From the NCBI RefSeq assembly GCF_009914755.1, contig NC_060940.1: a stretch of DNA of 64,000 nt, one strand, 5' to 3'. Below are positions 1-12,900 of the stretch, in pieces. Position numbers and translations under genes: made by a program. Numbering within the stretch: the stretch's first letter is position 1; the number at the start of each line of letters is the position of its first letter. Under the pieces are notes generated by a model. That model saw only the letters and a list, made by a program, of their open reading frames with translations, did not search any database and had not been told where the DNA came from. This DNA comes from the human T2T-CHM13v2.0 reference genome, Homo sapiens.

Positions 1-3000
1 AAATCCATTCGATAATTCAATTCAAGTCCATTCGATGATGATTCCAATCGAATCCATTCAAAGATTCCATTCAATTCCATTCGATGATGATTCCCTTAGA
101 TTCCATTCGATGATTCCACTTGATTCCATTTACGATGATTCCATTCGATTCCATGTGATGAATCCATTCAATTCTATTCAATGATGTTTCCATTTGATTC
201 CATTGGACCATGATTGCCTTTGATTCCATTCAATGATTCCATTCGGTTCCATTTGATGATGATTCCTTTCGATTCCATTTCATTATTCCATTTGATTCCA
301 TTGGATGAGTCCATTCGATTACATTCGATGATTATTCCATTCGAGTGCATTAGATGATTGCATGCGAGTCCATTCGATGATTCCATTCGATTCCATTCGA
401 TGTTGATTCTGTTCAAATCCATTCGATGATTCCACTCGATTCCATTCGATGACTCCATTTGATCCCATTTGATGATTTCCTGTGATTCCCTTTGATGATC
501 ATTCTATTTGATTCAATTCGGTGATTTCATTTCATTGCATTCAGTGATGTTTCCATTCGACTGTATTCGATGATGATTCCATTCGACTCCATTCGATTAT
601 GATTTCATTCAATTCCATTCAATAATGATTCCCTTCGAGTCCATTCGATGATTCCATTCGATTCCATTCAACGATGATTTGATTCGTTTCCATTCGATGA
701 TTCCATTTGATTCCACTTGATGATGATTCCATTCGAGTCTATTTATGTATTATATTCGTGTCCACTTCATGATTCCATTCAATTCCATTTAATGTTGATT
801 CCATTTGATTCCATTTGATGATTCAGTTCGATTCCTTGCAATGATTCCCTACGATTCCTTTCTCTGATGATTCCATTCGATTCCATTCATTGATGATTTC
901 ATTCGACTCCATTCGATGATGATTCCTTTCGATTCCATTTGACGATGTTTCCATTCGAGTCCATTCGATGATGATTCTATTCAATTCTGTTCTATTATGA
1001 TTCCATTCGATTTCATTCAATGCTTCTATTTGATTCCATTCGATGATGATTCCATCTCTTCCCCTTCGATGATTCCATTTGATTCCATTCAGTGATGATT
1101 CCATTTGATTCCATCTGATGATGATTTCACTTGATTCCTTTCAATGATGATTCAATTCAAGTCCATTCGATGATTCCATTGGAGTCCAAACGATCATTCC
1201 GTTCGATTCCATTCAATGGTGATTCCATTCATGTCCATTCGATGAATCCATTCAATTCCATTCGATGATGACTCCATTCGAGTACATTCGATGATTCCAT
1301 TTGATTCCATTTGAAGATGATTCCATTCAATTCCATTCGAAGATGATTCCATTCAATTCCATTCGATGATGATTCCGTATGAATCCATTCTCTGATTATT
1401 CCATTCGATTCCATTCATTGACGATTCCATTCAATTCCATTCAATGATGATTCTCTTCTATTCCATTCGATGATTCCGGTCGATTCCATTCGATGATGAT
1501 TCCATTAGATTCCATTCGATTGTTGCATTCGATTCCCTTCGATGATGATTCCTTTGAATTCCATTCGATTATCATTCCGTATGAATCCATTTGATGATTA
1601 TTCCATTGGATTCCTTTCGATGATGATTCCATTCGATTCCATTTGATGATGTTTCTCTTGTATTCCATTGGATAATTCCTTTCAGTTCCCTTCGATGATT
1701 ATTCTTTCGAGTCAATTCGATGATTCTATTCCATTCCCTTCGATGATGATTCCATTTCACTCCATTTGATGATTCCATTCGACTCAATTTGGTGATGATT
1801 CAATTCGATGACATTCGATGACTCCATTCAATTTCATTTGATGATGATTACATTCGAGTCCATTTGATGATTGTATTCCTTTCCTTTTGATGATTATTCC
1901 ATTCGTGTCTATTCAAAGGTTCCATTCTATTCCATTCAATGATGATTGCATTTGATTCCATTCAATGATTATGGCTATCGATTCCACTCGTTGATTCCAT
2001 TTGATTCCGTTCGATGATTATTCCGTTAGATTCCATTAGAAGATTCCATTCGATTTTATTCAATGATTCCAATGGATTCCATTCAATGATGATTCCATTC
2101 GACACCATTCAGTGATTCCATTCGAGTCCATTTGATGATTCCATTCTTTTCCATTTGATGATGATTCCATTAGGGTCCATTCAATGATTCCATTCGAGTC
2201 CATTCGTTAATGCCTTTCGAGTCCTTTTGATCACTACATTCGAGTCCATTCAATGATTCTATTCGATTCCATTCCATGATGATTCCATTCGAGTTCATTC
2301 GATGATTGCATTCGAGTCCATTTAATGATTCCATATGATTCCCTTCGACAATGATTCCATTCGTGTGCATTTGATGATTCCATTCATTTCCTATCGATGA
2401 AGATTCCATTCAAGTGTATTCGATGATTCCATTCAAATCCATTCGATGATGATTCCATTCCAGTCCATTCGATCATTCCACTTGATTCCATTTGATGACT
2501 ATTCCATTCAAATCCATTTGATGATTCCATTCGATTCCATTCGATGTTACCATTCGAGTATATACGATGATTCCACTCGATTCCATTTGATGATTATTCC
2601 ATTGGAGTCCACTTAGTGAATCCTTTAGATTCTACTCGAAGATGATTCCATTCGAGTCCATTCGATGATACCATTCAATTCCATTCGTTGATGCTTCCAT
2701 TCAAGTGCATTCGATGATATCATTCGATTCCATTTGATGATAATTCCATTTGATTCCATGCGATGATTCTATTCGATTCCATTCAATGATAATTCCATTC
2801 AATTCAGTGATTCCTCTGGACTCCATTTGATGATGATTCCACTCAATGATTCCATTCGATTCTATTCCAAAATGATTCCATTTGAATCCATTTGATGATG
2901 ATTCCATTGGATTCCATTTGATGATTCCATTCGATTCCATTCGATGATGATTCCATTCGATTCCTTTTGATGATTCCATTCTATTGTATTCGATGATGAT

Positions 3001-4104
3001 TCCATTCGATTCCATTCGATGATGATTGGATTCAATTCCATTTGATGATTTCATTTGATTCCATTCGATAATGATTTCGATCAATTCCATTCGATGATTC
3101 CATTCGATTCCATTCGATAATGATTACATCCGAGTCCATTCGATGATTCCATTTGAGCCCGTTCGATAATTCCATTTGAGTCCAATCAATGATTCCATTC
3201 ATTTCCATTCAATGATTCCATTCGAGTCCATTTGATCATTCCGGTAGGGTCCGTTCGATGTTGATTCCATTGGAGTGCATTCGATGATTCCATTCGAGTC
3301 CATTTTAGGATTTGATTCGAGTCCTTTCGATGATTCCATTCGATTCCACTCGATGATTTCATTCGAGTCCATTCGACACATCCAATCGATTCCATTTGAT
3401 GTTTCCATTCGATTCCAATTGATGATTCCATTCAATTCCATTCGATGATGATTCCGTACGATTCCATTCTGTGATGATTCCATGTGATTGCATTCAATGA
3501 TGATTCCTTTCGATTGCATTCGATTATGATTCATTTCGTGTTCATTCTATGGTTCCACAGGTTTCCATTCGATGATGTTTCCATTCGTGTCCATTCCATT
3601 ATTCCATTCTATTCCATTTGAAGATGATTCCATTCGATTCCATTCATTGGTGATTCCACTCAATTCCATTCAATGATTCCATTCCATTTCTTTCAACAAT
3701 GATTCCATTAGTTTCTATTCGATGATCCACTTGATTCCATTTGACGATGATTCCATTCGTGTCCATTCGATGATTCCATTTGATTCCATATGATGATGAT
3801 TCCATTCAATTCCATACCATAATGATTCCATTCGAGTCCATTCAATGGTGATTCCATTCAATTCCATTCGATGATTACTTTCGATTCCATTCAATGATGA
3901 TGGCATTCGATTCCTTTCGATCATTCCCTTTGATTCCATTCAAAGGTGATTTCATTCAAGTCCATTCGATAATTGCATTCGATTCCATTCTATGATGATT
4001 CCATTCGAGTCCATTTGATGATTCCATTCAATTCAAGTCAATGATGATTCCATTCGATTCCACTCGATGATTCCATTGGATTCCATTCGATGATGATTCC
4101 ATTC
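1..4104 (+). repeat. Higher-order unit A1 (4104 bp; X head + Y + X tail)
   Basis: Anchor AAATCCATTCGATAATTCAATT at 1 and again at 4105. Paralogous ORF ends at 174 and 4278 differ by 4104. Confidence 0.92.
740..2565 (+). repeat. Module Y copy 1 (A-specific HSat2 block, ~1826 bp)
   Basis: Begins TATTTATGTATTATATTCGTGTCC and ends GAGTATATAC. Found again only at 22642-24467 and 50894-52708. Y-specific ORFs recur at 1229/23131/51383. Confidence 0.85.
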
Positions 4105-4771
4105 AAATCCATTCGATAATTCAATTCAAGTCCATTCGATGATGATTCCAATCGAATCCATTCAAAGATTCCACTCAATTCCATTCGATGATGATTCCCT
4201 TAGATTCCATTCGATGATTCCACTTGATTCCATTTACGATGATTCCACTCGATTCCATATGATGATTCCATTCAATTCTATTCAATGATGTTTCCACTTG
4301 ATTCCATTCGAACATGATTGCCTTTGATTCCATTCAATGATTCCATACGGTTCCATTTGATGATGATTCCATTCGAGTGCATTAGATGATTCCATTCGAG
4401 TCCATTCGATGATTCCATTCGATTCCATTCGATGTTGATTCTGTTCAAATCCATTCGATGATTCCACTCGATTCCATTCGATGACTCCATTTGATCCCAT
4501 TCGATGATTTCCTTTGATTCCCTTTGATGATCATTCCATTTGATTCAATTCGGTGATTTCATTTGATTCCATTCAGTGATGTTTCCATTCAACTCCTTTC
4601 GATGATGATTCCATTCGACTCCATTCGATTATGATTTCATTCAATTCCATTCGATAATGATTCCCTTCAAGTCCATTCGATGATTCCATTCGATTCCATT
4701 CAACGATGATTTGATTCGTGTCCATTCGATGATTCCATTTGATTCCATTTGATGATGATTCCATTCGAGTC
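2566..4771 (+). repeat. Module X (shared ~2.2-2.3 kb block present once per unit)
   Basis: Starts GATGATTCCACTCGATTCCATTTGATGATTATTCCATTGGAGTCCACTTAGTG, seen also at 8419, 14259, 20361, 24468 and later units. Landmarks CCGGTAGGGTCC, CCGTACG and GGTTCCACAGG recur, with minor variants, in every complete unit. Confidence 0.85.
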
Positions 4772-7700
4772 CCTTTGATGATTCCATTCAATTCCATTCT
4801 CCGATGATTTCTTTTGAGCCCATTCAATGCTTCCACTCGATTCCATATGATGATGACTCCATTTGATGAAATTCCATGATGATTCCATTCGCTTGCATTC
4901 GATGATGATTCCACTTGAGTCCGTTAGAAGATTCTATTCAATTACATTCCATGACGATTCTGTTCGAGTCCATTTGATGATTCCATTAGACTCCATTTGA
5001 CGATGATTCCATTCGATGTTATTCGATGATGATTCCATTCAACTCCATTCGATGTTTCCATTCGAGTTCATTCTATTATTCCATTAGATTCCATTCGATG
5101 ATGATTCCATTCGATTCCATTTGATGATTGCATTCTATTTCATTTGATGATGATTCCATTCGAGTCCATTCGATGATTCCATTCGAGTCCATTTAATGAA
5201 TCCATTGGTTTCAATTCTATGATGATTACACTGGATTCCATTCGTTGATGATTTCATTCGATTCCATTCAATGATGATTCCATTCAATTCCATTCAATGA
5301 TTCCACTCAATTCCATACGATGATGATTCCATTTGATTTGATTCGACAGTGAGCCATTCGATTCAATTCCATGATGATTCTATTTTATTCAATTGGTTGA
5401 CATTTCCATTCGATTCCATTCGATGATGATTCCATTTGATTCCATTCAAAAATGATTCCATTCTAGCCCATTCAATCATTCCATTCGATTCTATTCAATG
5501 ATGATTCCATTCATGTCGATTTGGTGATTCCATTTGACTTCATTTGATGATGATTCCTTTCAAGTTCATTAGATGATTCCATTCGATTCCATTTGATGAT
5601 GATCCCATTCGAGTCTGTTCAGTGATTCCACTCCTTTCCATTCCATGATGATTCCATTCCATTCCATTCAATGATTCCATTCGATTCCGTTTGATGATGA
5701 TTTCATTCGAGTCCATTTGATGATTCCATTTGATTCCATTTGATGATGATTACATTCGAGTCCATACGATGATTCCACTCAATTCCATATGATGATGATT
5801 CCATTCGATTCCATTCGATGATTCCAGTCTATTCTATTCAATGGTGATTCCATTCGAGTACATTAGATGATTCCATTCGATTCCATTCAATGATGATTCT
5901 ATTTGTGTCCCTTAGATGGTTCCTCATGATTCCATTTCATGATGATACTATTTGAGCCCATCCAATGATTCCCTTCGATTCCATTCGATGAGGATTCCAT
6001 TCGATTCAATTCATTGGTGATTCTATTCAATTCAATTCTTTGATTCCATTCCATTCCATTCGACAATGATTCCATTCGATTTCTTTCGATGATTCCACTC
6101 GATTCCACTTGACATTGATTCCATTCGATTCCATTCAATGATTCCGTTTGAATCCACTGGATGATGATTGCCATCGATTCCATTCGATCACTCCATTCTA
6201 TTCCATTTGATGATGATTACATTCGATTCCATTTGATGATTCCATCTGATTCTATTCGAGGATTCCATTTGATTCCATTCGATGATGATTCCATTCGAGT
6301 GCATTCGATGATTTCATTCGAGTACATCCAATGATTCCATTCGAGTCCATTTGATGATTCCATTTGATTCCATTTGATTATGATTCTACTAGAGTCCATT
6401 CAATGACTCCATTCGAATCCATTCAACAATTCCATTCGAGGCCATTCGATGATTCCATTTCATGATTCCATTCGAGTCCATTTAATCATTACAGTCGAGT
6501 CCATTTGGTGATTCCACCGGATTTCTTTTGATAATGATACCATACAATTACATTTGATGATGATCCCATTCAATTTCATTTGATGATGATTCCATTAGAG
6601 TCCATTCGATGATTTCATTCGAGTCCCTTCACTGATTCCATCCGATTTCATTGGATGATGACTCCATTCGAGTCCATTCGATGATTCCACTCGATTCCAT
6701 TAGATGATTCCATTGGAGTCCATTTGATTGTTCCATTCGATTCCATTCGATTCCTTTCGAAGATTATTCCATTTGAGTCCATTCGATGATGATTCCATTC
6801 CATTCCATTCGATGATTCCGTTTGATTCCATTCAATGATTCCCTTCGATTCCTTTCTTTGATGATTCCATTCCATTCCATTCAATGATTCCATTCGAATC
6901 TATTCCATGATGATTCCTTTCGATTCCATTCGCTGATGTTTCCGTTCAATTCCATTCGATGATGATTCCATTCGATTCCATTCATTGAGGATTCCATTTG
7001 ATTCCATTCAATGATGATTCCATTCTATTCCATTCAATGATTGCATTCAATTCCATTCAATGATTATCCCCTTAGAGTAAACTCAACGATTCCATTCAAT
7101 ACCATTCGATGATGATTCCTTTTGAGTCCATTCAATGATTTCATTCAAGTCCATTTGATGATTCCTTTCAATTCCATTCTATGATGATTCCATTCGAGTC
7201 CATTCGATGATTCCATTCGATTGCATTCGATGATTCCATTATATTCCAGTCAACGATGATTCCATTCGAGTCCATTCGATGATTCCATTAGAGCACATTT
7301 AATGATTGCTTTGTTTTCAATTCGAAGATGATTACATTGGATTCCATTCTATGATACCATTCGATTCCATTCAATGATGATTCCACTCAAATCCATTGGA
7401 TGATTCCATTCGTGTCCATTCGGTGATTTCATTAGATTCCATTCGAGGATGATTCCATTCGATTCCATTCGATGATTCCATTCAATTCCATTCGATGATG
7501 ATTCCATTCCAGTCCCTATGATCATTCCATTTGATTTCATTCGATGATGATTCCATTCGATTCCATTCGATGATTCCATTCTATTCCATTCGATGATGAT
7601 TCCATTCGAGTCCATTCGATGATTCCATTCGAGTCCATTTAATGATTCCATTGGGTTCAATTCAATGATGATTACATTGGATTCCGTTCTATGATTCCAT

Positions 7701-9944
7701 TCAATTCCGTTCATTGACAATTTGATTCCATTCGATGATGATTCCATTTGAGTTCATTCGATGATTCTATTCGATTCTCTTCGATGGTGATTCAATTCTA
7801 TTATATTGGATGATTCCATTCGATTCCATTTGATGTTGATTCAATTCGATTCTATTCGATGATGATTCCATTGGATTTCACTTGATGATTCTATTCGATT
7901 CCATTCAATGATGATTCACTTCTCGTCCATTGGATGATTCCATTTCATTCCATTCGATGATGATTCCATTCGATTCCATTCGATGATTCCATTTGATTCC
8001 ATGCGTCGGTGAGCAATTCGATTCAATTCCATGATGATTCTATTTGATTCAATTAGATGATGTTTCCATTCGAATCCATTCCATGATTATTCCATTGGAA
8101 TCCATTCGGCGATGATTCCATATGAGTCAATTCAATGATGATTCCATATGGGTCCGTTCGATGATAATTCCATTTGATTTCATTCGGTGCTTCTATTCAA
8201 TTCCAGTCGATGATGATTCCGTTGGAGTCCATACGATGATTCCATTTGATTTCATTTGATGATGATTCCATTCGATGATGATTACATTGGATTCCATTCT
8301 ATGATTCCATTCAATTCCATTCGTTGATGATTCGATTCCATTCAATGATGATTCCATTTGAGTTCATTCGATGATTCTATTCGATTCCGTTCGATGGTGA
8401 TTCAATTCTCTTATATTGGATGAATCCACTCGATTCCATTTGATGATTATTCCATTGGAGTCCACTTAGTGAATCCTTCAGATTCTACTCGAAGATGATT
8501 CCATTCAAGTCCATTCGATGATACCATTCAATTCCATTCGTTGATGCTTCCATTCAAGTGCATTCGATGATATCATTCGATTCCATTTGATGATAATTCC
8601 ATTTGATTCCATGCGATGATTCTATTCGATTCCATTCAATGATAATTCCATTCAGTTCAGTGATTCCTCTGGACTCCATTTGATGATGATTCCATTCAAT
8701 GATTCCATTCGATTCTATTCGAAAATGATTCCATTTGAATCCATTTGATGATGATTCCATTAGATTCCATTTGATGATTCCATTCGATTCCATGCGACGA
8801 TGATTCCATTCGATTCCATGTGATGATTCCATTCTATTCTATTCGATGATGATTCCATTCGATTCCATTCGATGATGATTGGATTCGATTCCATTTGATG
8901 TTTTCCTTTGATTCCATTCGTTAATGATTTCGATCAACTCCATTCGATGATTCCATTCGATTCCATTCGATAATGATTACATCCGTGTCCATTCAGTGAT
9001 TCCATTTGAGCCCGTTCAATAATTCCATTTGAGTCCAACCAATGATTCCATTCATTTCCATTCAATGATTCCATTCGAGTCCATTTGATCATTCCGGTAG
9101 GGTCCATTCGATGTTGATTCCATTGGAGTGCATTCGATGATTCCATTCGAGTCCATTTTATGATTTGATTCGAGTCCTTTCGATGATTCCATTCGATTCC
9201 ACTCGATGATGATTTCATTCGAGTCCATTCGACACTTCCAATCGATTCCATTTGATGTTTCCATTCGAGTCCAATTGATGATTCCATTCAATTCCATTCG
9301 ATGATGATTCCGTACGATTCCATTCTGTGATGATTCCATGTGATTGCATTCAATGATGATTCCTTTAGATTGCATTCGATTGTGATTCATTTCGTCTTCA
9401 TTCTATGGTTCCACAGGTTTCCATTCGTGTCCATTCCATTATTCCATTCTATTCCATTTGATGATGATTCCATTCGATTCCATTCATTGGTGATTCCACT
9501 CAATTCCATTCAATGATTCCATTCCATTTCTTTCAACAATGATTCCATTAGTTTCTAATCGATGATCCACTTGATTCCATTTGACGACGATTCCATTCTT
9601 GTCCATTCGATGATTCCATTTGATTCCATATGATGATGATTCCATTCGATTCCATACGATGATGATTCCATTCGAGTCCATTCAATGGTGATTCCATTCA
9701 ATTCCATTCGATGATTCCTTTCGATTCCATTCGATGATGATGGCATTCGATTCCTTTCAATCATTCCCTTTGATTCCATTCAAAGGTGATTTCATTCAAG
9801 TCCATTCGATAATTGCATTCGATTCCATTCTATGATGATTCCATTCGAGTCCATTTGATGATTCCATTCAATTCAAGTCAATGATGATTCCATTCGATTC
9901 CACTCGATGATTCCATTGGATTCCATTCGATGATGATTCCATTC
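4105..9944 (+). repeat. Higher-order unit B1 (5840 bp)
   Basis: Anchors at 4105 and 9945. ORF pairs 4278/10118, 5899/11739 and 7349/13189 are all offset by 5840. Confidence 0.93.
4772..8418 (+). repeat. Module Z, short (B) form, ~3647 bp; the long (C) form, e.g. 16511-20360, is ~3850 bp
   Basis: Landmarks CTTTTGAGCCC, GACAGTGAGCC, GTGTCCCTTAG and CCCCTTAGAGTAAACTC occur in B and C units but not in A. The 203-bp B/C difference is 23+170+10 bp of indels. Confidence 0.85.
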
Positions 9945-12900
9945 AAATCCATTCGATAATTCAATTCAAGTCCATTCGATGATGATTCCAATCGAATCCA
10001 TTCAAAGATTCCACTCAATTCCATTCGATGATGATTCCCTTAGATTCCATTCGATGATTCCACTTGATTCCATTTACGATGATTCCACTCGATTCCATAT
10101 GATGATTCCATTCAATTCTATTCAATGATGTTTCCACTTGATTCCATTCGAACATGATTGCCTTTGATTCCATTCAATGATTCCATACGGTTCCATTTGA
10201 TGATGATTCCATTCGACTGCATTAGATGATTCCATTCGAGTCCATTCGATGATTCCATTCGATTCCATTCGATGTTGATTCTGTTCAAATCCATTCGATG
10301 ATTCCACTCGATTCCATTCGATGACTCCATTTGATCCCATTCGATGATTTCCTTTGATTCCCTTTGATGATCATTCCATTTGATTCAATTCGGTGATTTC
10401 ATTTGATTCCATTCAGTGATGTTTCCATTCAACTCCTTTCGATGATGATTCCATTCGACTCCATTCGATTATGATTTCATTCAATTCCATTCGATAATGA
10501 TTCCCTTCAAGTCCATTCGATGATTCCATTCGATTCCATTCAACGATGATTTGATTCGTGTCCATTCGATGATTCCATTTGATTCCATTTGATGATGATT
10601 CCATTCGAGTCCCTTTGATGATTCCATTCAATTCCATTCTCCGATGACTTCTTTTGAGCCCATTCAATGCTTCCACTCGATTCCATATGATGATGACTCC
10701 ATTTGATGAAATTCCATGATGATTCCATTCGCTTGCATTCGATGATGATTCCACTTGAGTCCGTTAGAAGATTCTATTCAATTACATTCCATGACGATTC
10801 TGTTCGAGTCCATTTGATGATTCCATTAGACTCCATTTGACGATGATTCCATTCGATGTTATTCGATGATGATTCCATTCAACTCCATTCGATGTTTCCA
10901 TTCGAGTTCATTCTATTATTCCATTAGATTCCATTCGATGATGATTCCATTCGATTCCATTTGATGATTGCATTCTATTTCATTTGATGATGATTCCATT
11001 CGAGTCCATTCGATGATTCCATTCGAGTCCATTTAATGAATCCATTGGTTTCAATTCTATGATGATTACACTGGATTCCATTCGTTGATGATTTCATTCG
11101 ATTCCATTCAATGATGATTCCATTCAATTCCATTCAATGATTCCACTCAATTCCATACGATGATGATTCCATTTGATTTGATTCGACAGTGAGCCATTCG
11201 ATTCAATTCCATGATGATTCTATTTTATTCAATTGGTTGACATTTCCATTCGATTCCATTCGATGATGATTCCATTTGATTCCATTCAAAAATGATTCCA
11301 TTCTAGCCCATTCAATCATTCCATTCGATTCTATTCAATGATGATTCCATTCATGTCGATTTGGTGATTCCATTTGACTTCATTTGATGATGATTCCTTT
11401 CAAGTTCATTAGATGATTCCATTCGATTCCATTTGATGATGATCCCATTCGAGTCTGTTCAGTGATTCCACTCCTTTCCATTCCATGATGATTCCATTCC
11501 ATTCCATTCAATGATTCCATTCGATTCCGTTTGATGATGATTTCATTCGAGTCCATTTGATGATTCCATTTGATTCCATTTGATGATGATTACATTCGAG
11601 TCCATACGATGATTCCACTCAATTCCATATGATGATGATTCCATTCGATTCCATTCGATGATTCCAGTCTATTCTATTCAATGGTGATTCCATTCGAGTA
11701 CATTAGATGATTCCATTCGATTCCATTCAATGATGATTCTATTTGTGTCCCTTAGATGGTTCCTCATGATTCCATTTCATGATGATACTATTTGAGCCCA
11801 TCCAATGATTCCCTTCGATTCCATTCGATGAGGATTCCATTCGATTCAATTCATTGGTGATTCTATTCAATTCAATTCTTTGATTCCATTCCATTCCATT
11901 CGACAATGATTCCATTCGATTTCTTTCGATGATTCCACTCGATTCCACTTGACATTGATTCCATTCGATTCCATTCAATGATTCCGTTTGAATCCACTGG
12001 ATGATGATTGCCATCGATTCCATTCGATCACTCCATTCTATTCCATTTGATGATGATTACATTCGATTCCATTTGATGATTCCATCTGATTCTATTCGAG
12101 GATTCCATTTGATTCCATTCGATGATGATTCCATTCGAGTGCATTCGATGATTTCATTCGAGTACATCCAATGATTCCATTCGAGTCCATTTGATGATTC
12201 CATTTGATTCCATTTGATTATGATTCTACTAGAGTCCATTCAATGACTCCATTCGAATCCATTCAACAATTCCATTCGAGGCCATTCGATGATTCCATTT
12301 CATGATTCCATTCGAGTCCATTTAATCATTACAGTCGAGTCCATTTGGTGATTCCACCGGATTTCTTTTGATAATGATACCATACAATTACATTTGATGA
12401 TGATCCCATTCAATTTCATTTGATGATGATTCCATTAGAGTCCATTCGATGATTTCATTCGAGTCCCTTCACTGATTCCATCCGATTTCATTGGATGATG
12501 ACTCCATTCGAGTCCATTCGATGATTCCACTCGATTCCATTAGATGATTCCATTGGAGTCCATTTGATTGTTCCATTCGATTCCATTCGATTCCTTTCGA
12601 AGATTATTCCATTTGAGTCCATTCGATGATGATTCCATTCCATTCCATTCGATGATTCCGTTTGATTCCATTCAATGATTCCCTTCGATTCCTTTCTTTG
12701 ATGATTCCATTCCATTCCATTCAATGATTCCATTCGAATCTATTCCATGATGATTCCTTTCGATTCCATTCGCTGATGTTTCCGTTCAATTCCATTCGAT
12801 GATGATTCCATTCGATTCCATTCATTGAGGATTCCATTTGATTCCATTCAATGATGATTCCATTCTATTCCATTCAATGATTGCATTCAATTCCATTCAA

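Noticed and set aside
739-760. AT-rich TATTTATGTATTATATT patch as a TATA-like promoter
   Set aside because: It is explained by C>T decay of a CATTCGATGATTCCATTC monomer. There are no supporting promoter elements.
740-2565. Module Y as a mobile-element insertion
   Set aside because: It is itself HSat2 sequence, replaces Z rather than inserting into it, and has no terminal repeats, poly(A) or target-site duplication.
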